This document shows, piece after piece, positions 8,445-16,109 of a DNA stretch of 64,000 bases. This DNA comes from Acidimicrobiales bacterium (GTDB lineage: Bacteria > Actinomycetota > Acidimicrobiia > Acidimicrobiales > Aldehydirespiratoraceae): positions 3,792,418 to 3,856,417 of the forward strand of contig OZ220743.1 of the NCBI GenBank assembly GCA_965116965.1, given 5' to 3'. The position numbers and the translations under genes were made by a program. The notes below the pieces were generated by a model. It ran no database searches and was not told the origin of the DNA. It saw nothing but the letters and a program-made list of their open reading frames with translations. Numbering within the stretch: position 1 is the first letter of the stretch; each line of letters opens with the position of its first letter.

Positions 8445-11096
8445 TCAGGCGCTGCCAGCCGTCTCGGGGATGTCGCCGTAGACCTTGTTGCGGTCGAACT
8501 CCCCGAGGGTCCCTCGCGACGTGGCGAAGATGGTCGCTCCGGCCGCCATCACGAACGCGGACCCGACCCCCGACACGAAGTTGGTGTCCGCAACCCGCAC
8601 GATGCTCGCCACCCAGCCGAGGGCGACTATCGCTATGCCGAGTCCGAGACCGGCCACAAGGGCGCTCCAGCGGTAGCGGAGACCCTCGTCGATCCCGAAC
8701 ACTCCGATGGCCGGGAACACCAGCGCCAGAGCCCCGATACCGGCGATGAGGGTCCAGATCCCCATCCCCGCGCCGGTTCCTTCGAAACCGTCGTGGATCA
8801 CGTCACCGGTGCGCTTAGCCTCCGCGATCTTCGCGGCGATGTCGGCCGCTCTCACACCGGCGAGCGCGAGCGCATCGTTCTCCATGCGCCTCATCTCCTG
8901 GTAGAGATCGACATCGCCGGCGGCCTCGGCCGCGTCGGCCGCGGCGGACGCTTCAACGGCATCCCTCTGGGCGGCCGCTCCCTCCTCGGCGATCCGGTCC
9001 AGCTCGGCCCGTAACTCCGGGCCGATCACCGACTCGGTGCGAGTGTCGAAGCTCCATCCCGCGTAGCCGCCCATCACCAGCAGCAGCACGGCGAAGACCG
9101 CTCCGATCAGCCTGCCCCAGCCGATGCTGGCCGACAGGGGCCGGCGGGCTGTCATGGGCGCCCGCCACAGCCACGCGATCGCGCCGACCGTCGCCGACAG
9201 GCCGCCGATCACCGCGACCCACACGCCGAATCCGGTTGAATGGACGAGTACGTTGTCGGGCGGGCTGGCCAGCAGGAAGACGAACGAAGCCACGAAACCG
9301 GCGATGGAGAACACGACCGCCCCGTGCGCTGAGAACCATCCTGAGCCCTCCCCGGGCCGCCACAACGTGGCGAAAGCAGACCAGATCACGACGGCGGCTG
9401 TCAGGGCGATGAAGATGCCGTACCACGACCCCCCGGAGGCGGCCACGCCGTTGTAGCTGTTGGAGATCCACTCGATGTCGCGGGTGCAGGTCAACTCCCC
9501 GACCTCCGCGCCCGACAGGGGATCGAGCGCGACAGTCTCGATCCATTGGCCGGGGCAATTCTCGGTCCGCAGATCGACGTCGGTGGCCCGGGCATAGGCC
9601 GAGACCAGACCGGCGTCCGTCGTCCACGGCAACAGCAGCGAGACGAGCATTATCAGCGCCCCGACGCCGGTGACGATGACCGAAGTCCGCTCCTTTCCGG
9701 AGGCCGGCACGAACGACTCCTCGGGCGTCTCCGGCTCTTCTGCCAGCCTGGAGACCTTCTCGTCCGCCGCGGCCTGGGCCTCCTCCAGCAGCTTCTCGGG
9801 AGTCCGGCGGTTGGCCCAAGCCTTGGCGATGCGGGAGAACAGGTTGCTCGAGTCGGTGTCGGTCTGGCTGAGGCGGTCGAGCACGACAGCCACCAGGAAG
9901 AAGGCCAGGCCGGCCGAACCGGCCAGGGCGACGTCGAGGTTGGCGATGGCCTGGAACAGCAGCCGGCCCAAGCCGCCCGCGCCCATGATCGCGGCTACGC
10001 CCAACATGGAGATGGCCAGCAGCAGCGTCTGGTTGAGCCCGGTCATGATGGCGGGGCGAGCCAACGGGATCTGCACATCCATCAGAACCCGCCACTCGGG
10101 CGCGCCGTAGGCGCGGGAAGCTTCCACCACATCCTCGGGCACCTGCCGGATGCCGAGGTTGGTCAGCCGTATCAGCGGGGGAAGCGCGAAGGTCATCGTC
10201 ACCATCGTGGCCGAGACGAAGCCCACTCCGAAGAAGAAGATGAACGGGAGCATGTAGACGAACGAGTGCACCACCTGCATGGCGTCCATCACCGGTCTGA
10301 CCACTTTCCAGGCGCCGTCCACCCTTCCGCAGAGCACGCCTATGGGTATGCCGACGATGACGCAGAGCAGCACGGCCACGCCGATGAAGCCGATCGTCAG
10401 CGCCGTCTCCCTCCAGAAGTCCTCGCCCAGCAGGCCGCAGATCGTCAGCCCGATGAACGACAGTGCGCCGATCTGGAAGCCGCGCATGGCCCAGCCCAGA
10501 GCGAAGATGGCGATGCACACGGTCAGCCAGGACATGCCCAGCAGCCAGTCGTCCACGATGACGTTGAGCAGCCGCAGGAACGGCCACTCGATGATCTCGA
10601 GGGTGGCCTTCAGGTTGTTGTCCACCCAGAACACCGTCTGCTCGACCCAGTCGCCGACGGGTATCTGCCATTGGTCCAGGACAGTGTTCTGGCGCGCCTG
10701 CGCGACCACGCCGGAACTGCACTCGAGCAGCTCTCCCTCGCTGTCGACGATCGCGTTCTTGCACTCGAACGTCTCGCCGAGCTCGGTGAACTTGGTGTTG
10801 CCCGAGGCCACGACCTCCTTGGGCAGCGTGCGGTACCACCAGATGGCCAGTCCTGCGAGCAGGCCGCCCGCGACCATCCCGTAGCGGCGGCCCCTGACGC
10901 CGCCGAAGATCACCAGCAGCGGCACCACGACGAAAGCGAGCAGGATCAGCCACTCGATGCCGGTCGAGACCCAGTCGACGACCCGGTCGCCCGCCTCCGG
11001 GCTGGTGACGGCGTCTATGAAGCGATCGAGGAAGTGGCCCTGGTACTCATCGCCGTTGGCTTGGGCGAACACGCCGGCTGCGCCTAGCCCGCTCAC
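8445..11096 (-). CDS. betaine ABC transporter permease (ProW/OpuAB type) with a ~470-aa polytopic C-terminal extension
   Basis: Central BPD-transporter domain ('MDAMQVVHSFVYMLPFIFFFG', 'EASRAYGAPEWRVLMDVQIPLARPAIMTG'). GTG 11096 overlaps the ATPase stop (GTGA). The region 8445-9865 encodes extra TM helices and an Ala/Glu-rich coiled segment. Confidence 0.8.
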   Translation of the reverse strand: MSGLGAAGVFAQANGDEYQGHFLDRFIDAVTSPEAGDRVVDWVSTGIEWLILLAFVVVPLLVIFGGVRGRRYGMVAGGLLAGLAIWWYRTLPKEVVASGNTKFTELGETFECKNAIVDSEGELLECSSGVVAQARQNTVLDQWQIPVGDWVEQTVFWVDNNLKATLEIIEWPFLRLLNVIVDDWLLGMSWLTVCIAIFALGWAMRGFQIGALSFIGLTICGLLGEDFWRETALTIGFIGVAVLLCVIVGIPIGVLCGRVDGAWKVVRPVMDAMQVVHSFVYMLPFIFFFGVGFVSATMVTMTFALPPLIRLTNLGIRQVPEDVVEASRAYGAPEWRVLMDVQIPLARPAIMTGLNQTLLLAISMLGVAAIMGAGGLGRLLFQAIANLDVALAGSAGLAFFLVAVVLDRLSQTDTDSSNLFSRIAKAWANRRTPEKLLEEAQAAADEKVSRLAEEPETPEESFVPASGKERTSVIVTGVGALIMLVSLLLPWTTDAGLVSAYARATDVDLRTENCPGQWIETVALDPLSGAEVGELTCTRDIEWISNSYNGVAASGGSWYGIFIALTAAVVIWSAFATLWRPGEGSGWFSAHGAVVFSIAGFVASFVFLLASPPDNVLVHSTGFGVWVAVIGGLSATVGAIAWLWRAPMTARRPLSASIGWGRLIGAVFAVLLLVMGGYAGWSFDTRTESVIGPELRAELDRIAEEGAAAQRDAVEASAAADAAEAAGDVDLYQEMRRMENDALALAGVRAADIAAKIAEAKRTGDVIHDGFEGTGAGMGIWTLIAGIGALALVFPAIGVFGIDEGLRYRWSALVAGLGLGIAIVALGWVASIVRVADTNFVSGVGSAFVMAAGATIFATSRGTLGEFDRNKVYGDIPETAGSA

Positions 11097-12319
11097 ATGA
11101 ACACCTCCCGCTCGAAGCCGTCTATGAGCTGCTCGACACGGCCCATCTCCTCCATGATGAGACGGGGGTCGAGGTTGCCGACCAGCTTGCCGTCGTCGTC
11201 CACCACCGCGATCGACAGCCCCCGGCCCGCCGCGGCGTACATCTCGTTGAGCGTGGCGTCGGGGCTGCACTTGTCGAAGTCGCTGCGCAGCGCGGCCTTC
11301 AGGTCGTCGGATCCCATCGACCGGACCCGCAGGCCGTCGGCGGCCGTCAGCAGGGCGACCGGCCGGCCCTCATCGTCACAGCAGAAGCGTCCCGTGACAT
11401 CGTCGCACAGGGTCATCGCCTGCGAGAGCGAGATGTCTGTGGGGACCGGCTTCGGCTCGGTCATCACCTCGAGGACCTTGATCACACGGCCCTGGTCCAC
11501 GTCCTGGACGAACTCGGCCACATAGCCGGTGGCCGGTTCGGTGAGGATCTCCTCGGGCGTGCCGATCTGCACCACCGCGCCGTCCTTCATTATGCAGACC
11601 CGGTCGCCGATGCGCAGAGCCTCGTTGAGGTCGTGGGTGATGAACAGGATCGTCTTCTTGACCCGGGACTGGATCTCCATCATCTCGTCCTGCATCTGGC
11701 GGCGGATGAGGGGATCGAGGGCCGAGAACGCCTCGTCCATCAACAGGATGTCGGGGTCCGACGCCAGCGCACGGGCCAGGCCGACCCGCTGCTGCATGCC
11801 GCCGGAGAGCTGGGCCGGCCTGTGCTCGGCGAACGGGGCCAGGCCCACGAGCGACAGGGCGTGCAACGCGGCCCGGTTGCGCTCGTCGCGGTCCACCTTC
11901 TGCACTTTCAGGCCGTAGCCGACGTTGTCGATCACGTTGCGGTGGGGGAACAGCGCGAAGTGCTGGAACACCATCCCCATCTTCTCGCGGCGGAAGGCCT
12001 GGAGCTGGGTGCCTTCGAGTTGCTGCACGTCCACGCCGTCGACCAGTACCTCGCCGGCGGTGATGTCATAGAGCTTGTTGACCATGCGGATGGCGGTGGA
12101 CTTGCCCGACCCCGACAGGCCCATGACCACGAAGAGCTCGCCCCGGTTGACCTTGAAGTTGACGTCGGTCATGCCGACGACATGGCCGGTCAGGCGTTGG
12201 ACTTCCTTCTTGGGAATACCCGATCGGGCCAGTTCGAGAGCCCGTCCCCGCGGCTGCGGTCCGAAGATCTTGTACACGTCGTTGAATTCGACGATGGTGT
12301 CGCCATTTGTGTCGCCCAT
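11093..12319 (-). CDS. glycine betaine/proline ABC transporter ATP-binding protein (ProV/OpuAA type) with C-terminal CBS pair
   Basis: Walker A 'GLSGSGKST', signature 'LSGGMQQRV', Walker B 'ILLMDEAFSALD', and a CBS-like C-terminal ~130 aa. Confidence 0.9.
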   Translation of the reverse strand: MGDTNGDTIVEFNDVYKIFGPQPRGRALELARSGIPKKEVQRLTGHVVGMTDVNFKVNRGELFVVMGLSGSGKSTAIRMVNKLYDITAGEVLVDGVDVQQLEGTQLQAFRREKMGMVFQHFALFPHRNVIDNVGYGLKVQKVDRDERNRAALHALSLVGLAPFAEHRPAQLSGGMQQRVGLARALASDPDILLMDEAFSALDPLIRRQMQDEMMEIQSRVKKTILFITHDLNEALRIGDRVCIMKDGAVVQIGTPEEILTEPATGYVAEFVQDVDQGRVIKVLEVMTEPKPVPTDISLSQAMTLCDDVTGRFCCDDEGRPVALLTAADGLRVRSMGSDDLKAALRSDFDKCSPDATLNEMYAAAGRGLSIAVVDDDGKLVGNLDPRLIMEEMGRVEQLIDGFEREVFM

Positions 12320-12372
12320 GCCTTCCCTCGTTTGGTTGCCGCGCAGTACCGGCTGGCTACCCTAGTCGCTTG

Positions 12373-13056
12373 ATGTCCGACGCTCCAGACAGCGCCCAAT
12401 CCGCGACCCGGCGCAAGACTAGGGGCAAGTCCCAAGCCCGTGCGTCCAGGCATCAGGACACAACAGCTGGCACGCCCGCTCCCGTGCTCGACGACGAGAC
12501 CGCCGCGGCGCTGACCCTCTACAACACCTACCTCGTGGCCGATCGCGAGCAGCAGGCCCACGAGCGCGCCCTGAAGAAGGCCGAGAGGGCGAAGGACGAC
12601 GCGGCCGCAGCCGTGCGCAAGCTGAACGACCGCAAGGCCCCTGCCGCCGAGACGGCCGAGGCCGAGGCCAGGTACCGCGAGGCGGCCGAGGCGCTCCAGA
12701 ATCTGCGCGGCGGCGACACCTCGGCCCCCGGCGAAGACGACGACACCGAGAATGCAACCGCGGACGACACGGCGGCAAAGCGCAGCACTGGGGACGCTGA
12801 AGACGCCACCGACGACAAGGGCGAACAATCCGAAAGCGCTGCTCCCGAAGACACCTCCAGCGAGAACGCCGAAGATGCCGGAGGCACGACCCGCGAAGGC
12901 TCGCCCCCCGAAGACACCACCGACACCGCAGCCGAAGACACCGACGGAGCCGAAGAGAACGCCGGCGAGGATGCTGGCGAGACGTCAGTGGGGGTGGAGG
13001 CCTCCGTCGGCGACGAGAACCTGGCCGGTGATGAACCGGCCGGCGTCGCTGGCTAG
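12373..13056 (+). CDS. hypothetical acidic low-complexity protein with N-terminal coiled-coil
   Basis: ATG 12373. High third-position G+C and a coherent coiled-coil segment (ADREQQAHERALKKAERAKDDAAAAVRKLNDRK) followed by a D/E/T-rich tail. The 3' end overlaps the convergent SDR gene by about 70 nt, so the C-terminus is uncertain. Confidence 0.5.
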   Translation: MSDAPDSAQSATRRKTRGKSQARASRHQDTTAGTPAPVLDDETAAALTLYNTYLVADREQQAHERALKKAERAKDDAAAAVRKLNDRKAPAAETAEAEARYREAAEALQNLRGGDTSAPGEDDDTENATADDTAAKRSTGDAEDATDDKGEQSESAAPEDTSSENAEDAGGTTREGSPPEDTTDTAAEDTDGAEENAGEDAGETSVGVEASVGDENLAGDEPAGVAG

Positions 13057-13755
13057 CAGCAGCGCCGGGCCCACCATCTCGTCGGGATGGGCCAGGCGGC
13101 CCAGCAGCGTTCCCGCGCCCATCGACCGGGCCGCCTCGGGTCCCTGGTTGCGCACCATGTCGGTGTCCACGGGTCCGGGCGCCAGAGCGTTCACCCTGAT
13201 GCCTCTGGGGGCGAGCTCGCCGGCCGCGGCTCTTGTGTAGGACAGCAGGGCGGCCTTCATGGCGCCATAGATCGAGAAGCCCCTCGAGAACATGAACGCC
13301 CCCACGCTGATCACGTTGACCACCGAGGCGTGCGGACTCGCCTCCAACTGAGGCAGGCAGGCCTGGACCAGCAGCGCCGGACCCTGAAGATTCACCTCGA
13401 AGGACTTCTGCCAGGCGGCCGCGGTCTGGGCCCCGATCGGCTGAGCCAGGGCGTTGGCCGCATTGTTGACGAGAATGTCGATCCCGCCGAAACGGTCCAC
13501 CGCGGCGGCCGCTAGCGCTTCGACCGCGTCGAGGTCACCCATGTGGGTGGGAACCCCCAGCGCCTCGAACCCGGAATCGACCAAGTGGGTTTCCGTGGCC
13601 GCGCACGCCTCCGCGGACCGGGACGCCACGACCACCCCGGCACCGGCGCAGGCCAACCCTTCGGCGATAGAACGGCCGATCCCCCGCGTGCCACCGGTAA
13701 CGATGGCAGTGCGATCCGTAAGGTCGAACAGACCGCGATAACTCTCAGGATCCAC
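12985..13755 (-). CDS. SDR-family oxidoreductase
   Basis: 'TAIVTGGTRGIGRSIA' (TGxxxGxG), 'NNAA', 'YGAMKAAL' (YxxxK), 'PGPVDTDM'. GTG 13755 chosen; the longer ORF to 14088 has no SDR-like sequence. Confidence 0.8.
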   Translation of the reverse strand: MDPESYRGLFDLTDRTAIVTGGTRGIGRSIAEGLACAGAGVVVASRSAEACAATETHLVDSGFEALGVPTHMGDLDAVEALAAAAVDRFGGIDILVNNAANALAQPIGAQTAAAWQKSFEVNLQGPALLVQACLPQLEASPHASVVNVISVGAFMFSRGFSIYGAMKAALLSYTRAAAGELAPRGIRVNALAPGPVDTDMVRNQGPEAARSMGAGTLLGRLAHPDEMVGPALLLASDAGRFITGQVLVADGGLHPH

Positions 13756-14124
13756 GCCAGGCAGCGTAGACAGGACATGGCGGCACAGCGCGACGGCCAG
13801 ACCGGGGGGTGGCGGCGAGTCCGGGCGACCGGCAATGGGCGCAGCCCCGCCGGTCGAACGGGCTCGACGACAGGACCCGCCGGCCGGGAACAGCAGGCCG
13901 GCGGGGCGATCAGACCTTCTAGCGGGGCGAGTCCGCGCCATTTGCGACCCGCCCATCGGCATCGAGAATCCCGGCCTTGGACCCGAGGGAGAGCGGGTTC
14001 GCGCCGAACAGGTCCTCGCGATATATCGCCACCCAAGGTCCATGACTTCCCAAGAACGCTCCCGGAACGCAAGTGCGATGCCTATCACAATGCAGTTTGA
14101 ATAAAATTATGGTACACTATCTGC

Positions 14125-14373
14125 ATGGTGCAATTGGTTACTCGCATTAGCGACGAGCTTGCGGCCAGCATCGACGAACTCGTTGCCTCCGGCTCGGTGT
14201 CTTCGCGGTCGGACGCGGTTCGAAACGCCCTCGAGCGCTGGATCGACTCAGAGCGGCGGCGTCGCATCGGCGAGGCGATCGTCGAGGGCTACCAACGGAC
14301 CCCTCAGACCGACGAAGAACTGGCCTGGGCCGACAGCGGTGCCGCAGCCATGATCGCCGAGGAGCCGTGGTGA
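14125..14373 (+). CDS. ribbon-helix-helix antitoxin (MazE/CopG-like), paralog set copy 1
   Basis: 82 aa, 'MVQLVTRISDELAASIDELV...SRSDAVRNALERWI'. An AT-rich promoter-like stretch lies directly upstream, and a MazF gene follows after 40 nt. Confidence 0.8.
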   Translation: MVQLVTRISDELAASIDELVASGSVSSRSDAVRNALERWIDSERRRRIGEAIVEGYQRTPQTDEELAWADSGAAAMIAEEPW

Positions 14374-14413
14374 CGGGGCCAGCCTCGGCGCGGCCGTCGT
14401 CGGGGCACCCCCA

Positions 14414-14731
14414 GTGGCCGCGCTGACTCCCGCCCGCGGCGAGATCTGGTGGGCCGAGTCCGACGATATGCGCAGACCAGTGATGGTCGTAACGCGCGAC
14501 GCCGCAATTCCAGTACTTGGAGCAATCCTCGTCGCGCCGGTCACCCGCACCGTACGGGGCATTCCGACCGAGATCCCGTTGGGTCGCGACGAGGGCCTGC
14601 CTGAGCCCTGCGCCGCCTCATTCGACAATCTGCGTCCGGTGCGAAAGGCCTGGCTGACCCGCCGCATGGGCGACCTCGGGCCTCGCAGCCATGAGATCTG
14701 TGGCACCCTCGCAGCTCTGAGCGACTGCTAG
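14414..14731 (+). CDS. MazF/PemK-family toxin, paralog set copy 1
   Basis: GTG start. 'ARGEIWWAESDDMRRPVMVVTRD...LVAPVTRTVRGIPTEIPL...ASFDNLRPVRKAWL' is the PemK fold signature. Confidence 0.85.
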   Translation: MAALTPARGEIWWAESDDMRRPVMVVTRDAAIPVLGAILVAPVTRTVRGIPTEIPLGRDEGLPEPCAASFDNLRPVRKAWLTRRMGDLGPRSHEICGTLAALSDC

Positions 14732-14739
14732 GTTGGAGG

Positions 14740-15075
14740 TTGCCCCAGAAGAGGACGCGAGATGATCCACAACGCCTTCAGAAGCATCAGGCGGTTCGTG
14801 CGGGTGCTGTTCCAGAAGCCGCCGGAGAACGCGGCCATGAAGGAAGTGAGGGCGGCCGCCGTCTGGGACCCGATCGGCTGGGCCAGAGCCTTGGCCGCAT
14901 TGTTGACGACAATGTCCACACCGCCGAAGCGCTTCACCGCGGCGGCCGCGAGCGCTTCGACCGCGTCGAGGTCACCCATGTGGGTGGGAACCCCGAGCGC
15001 CTCGAAACCGGCATCGACCAAGTGGGCTCGGTGGCCGCGCACGCCTCGGCAGACCAGGACGCCACCACCCGGGCA
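14740..15075 (-). pseudogene. partial, frameshifted duplicate of the SDR gene at 12985..13755
   Basis: About 225 nt (about 14851-15075) align with 13411-13640. Encoded 'HLVDAGFEALGVPTHMGDLDAVEALAAAAVKRFGGVDIVVNNAAKALAQPIGSQTAAA' versus 'HLVDSGFEALGVPTHMGDLDAVEALAAAAVDRFGGIDILVNNAANALAQPIGAQTAAA'. No Rossmann N-terminus or catalytic C-terminus in frame. Confidence 0.6.
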
Positions 15076-15088
15076 ATGACCTGCGCAC

Positions 15089-15481
15089 ATGGATCGACAC
15101 TCGCTGCAACTGGTAGAGAAAGCCACACCGGTCGCAAGGGTGCGGCGCCGGCTGGGGCGGCTCGAGCCGCCGACCGTCACAGCTGCCGCCGGCCTGGCCG
15201 CCGCGGTCGGTGCGGCGGCGGTGTGGCTCGCGCTCGCCCTCTCCCGGGACTACAGCCAGGGGATTGAGGCCTGGAACACCGCCGACGAATCCTGGTTCGT
15301 CGTCTTCGCGGTCACGTGGCTGGCGGGGCTCGGGCTGTCCGTCGCCCCGCGGTGCCTTCGACGGCTGCTGGGACGGGCGTGCCGGCGACTCTCGCTCGCG
15401 GGTGTGGTCCTGTGCGGCCTGCTGGTGGCCGCGTCGCCGCTGGTGTTCCTGATGATGCTGTTCGCGGTCGTTCCGTCGTGA
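15089..15481 (+). CDS. hypothetical membrane protein (3 predicted TM helices)
   Basis: 130 aa with high GC3 and three hydrophobic stretches. No recognisable family. Confidence 0.4.
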   Translation: MDRHSLQLVEKATPVARVRRRLGRLEPPTVTAAAGLAAAVGAAAVWLALALSRDYSQGIEAWNTADESWFVVFAVTWLAGLGLSVAPRCLRRLLGRACRRLSLAGVVLCGLLVAASPLVFLMMLFAVVPS

Positions 15482-15604
15482 ACGGCCATTCTCAGAGGCA
15501 GACGACCTCGGCGCTGATGAAGCCCCGCGACGCCCGATAGTCGAGCACCCTGCCGGCGGCGTGGAGTTCTCTGAACAGGTCACCGCCCGCCCGGCCCCGA
15601 AAGG

Positions 15605-16024
15605 TCATCCATTGCCGCCAGAAATTGAACAGGATGAACAGCGCCAGAATGGCGAACAGCCCCATCCGGCGCTTGTGGCCCAGACGGACGCTCGTCCCGA
15701 GCGCCCGGAGGCCGCGCTGCGCAGCGATTCGCCGGAGCCGTAGCGGAGCCCGTCGCCGGGGTGGCCGACGATCCACACGGTGCCGCCCTCCAGCGGCCAG
15801 AGACGGCGGCGCTGCGTGAAGGCGGCCTCGACACAGGCCCATGGCTCCGACAGCGCCGCGGCGGCGCAGCCGACATCATCGTCGACCGGTATCACGTATG
15901 CACCGTCATCAGCATCGAGGATCTCTGGACCGATGGGGTGGTACTGGATCAGCCCGCCACCGATGGTGTAGCCGTATGAGTTGTGCCGGCCGTCCACATA
16001 GATGTCGGGCTGGTTCCAATCTTG
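15605..16024 (-). pseudogene. 5'-truncated, out-of-frame remnant of a medium-chain (Zn-ADH-like) dehydrogenase gene
   Basis: '...QDWNQPDIYVDGRHNSYGYTIGGGLIQYH...VGCAAAALSEPWACVEAAF...GGTVWIVG' resembles the middle of an MDR enzyme. A stop lies at 16025-27 with no N-terminal domain, and the frame degenerates after the 'WIVG' nucleotide-binding start. Confidence 0.4.
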
Positions 16025-16109
16025 TCATATCTCCAGGTCCTCAGGCCTGTCGATGCCCCCTGGCTCTTTCGCCGTGGCCCAACCAGGGTCGCCGGTAGCC
16101 TGACCCGCC

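Noticed and set aside
15492-15842. 116-aa ORF (possible small membrane protein MGLFAILALFILFNFWRQW...) overlapping the dehydrogenase remnant
   Set aside because: It could be a real 57-aa membrane peptide or just the out-of-frame continuation of the decayed gene. There is no start context or homology I can recognise, so it is not annotated.
16028-16109. Possible T-box leader upstream of ileS, since actinobacterial ileS genes are often T-box regulated
   Set aside because: Only about 80 nt are available. I see 'AACCAGGGTCGCCGGTAGCC' but not the conserved T-box core (GGGUGGUACCGCG-like). No convincing specifier loop presents an AUC codon, and there is no Shine-Dalgarno sequence to sequester. An Rfam cmscan (RF00230) would settle it; I would not call it from the sequence.
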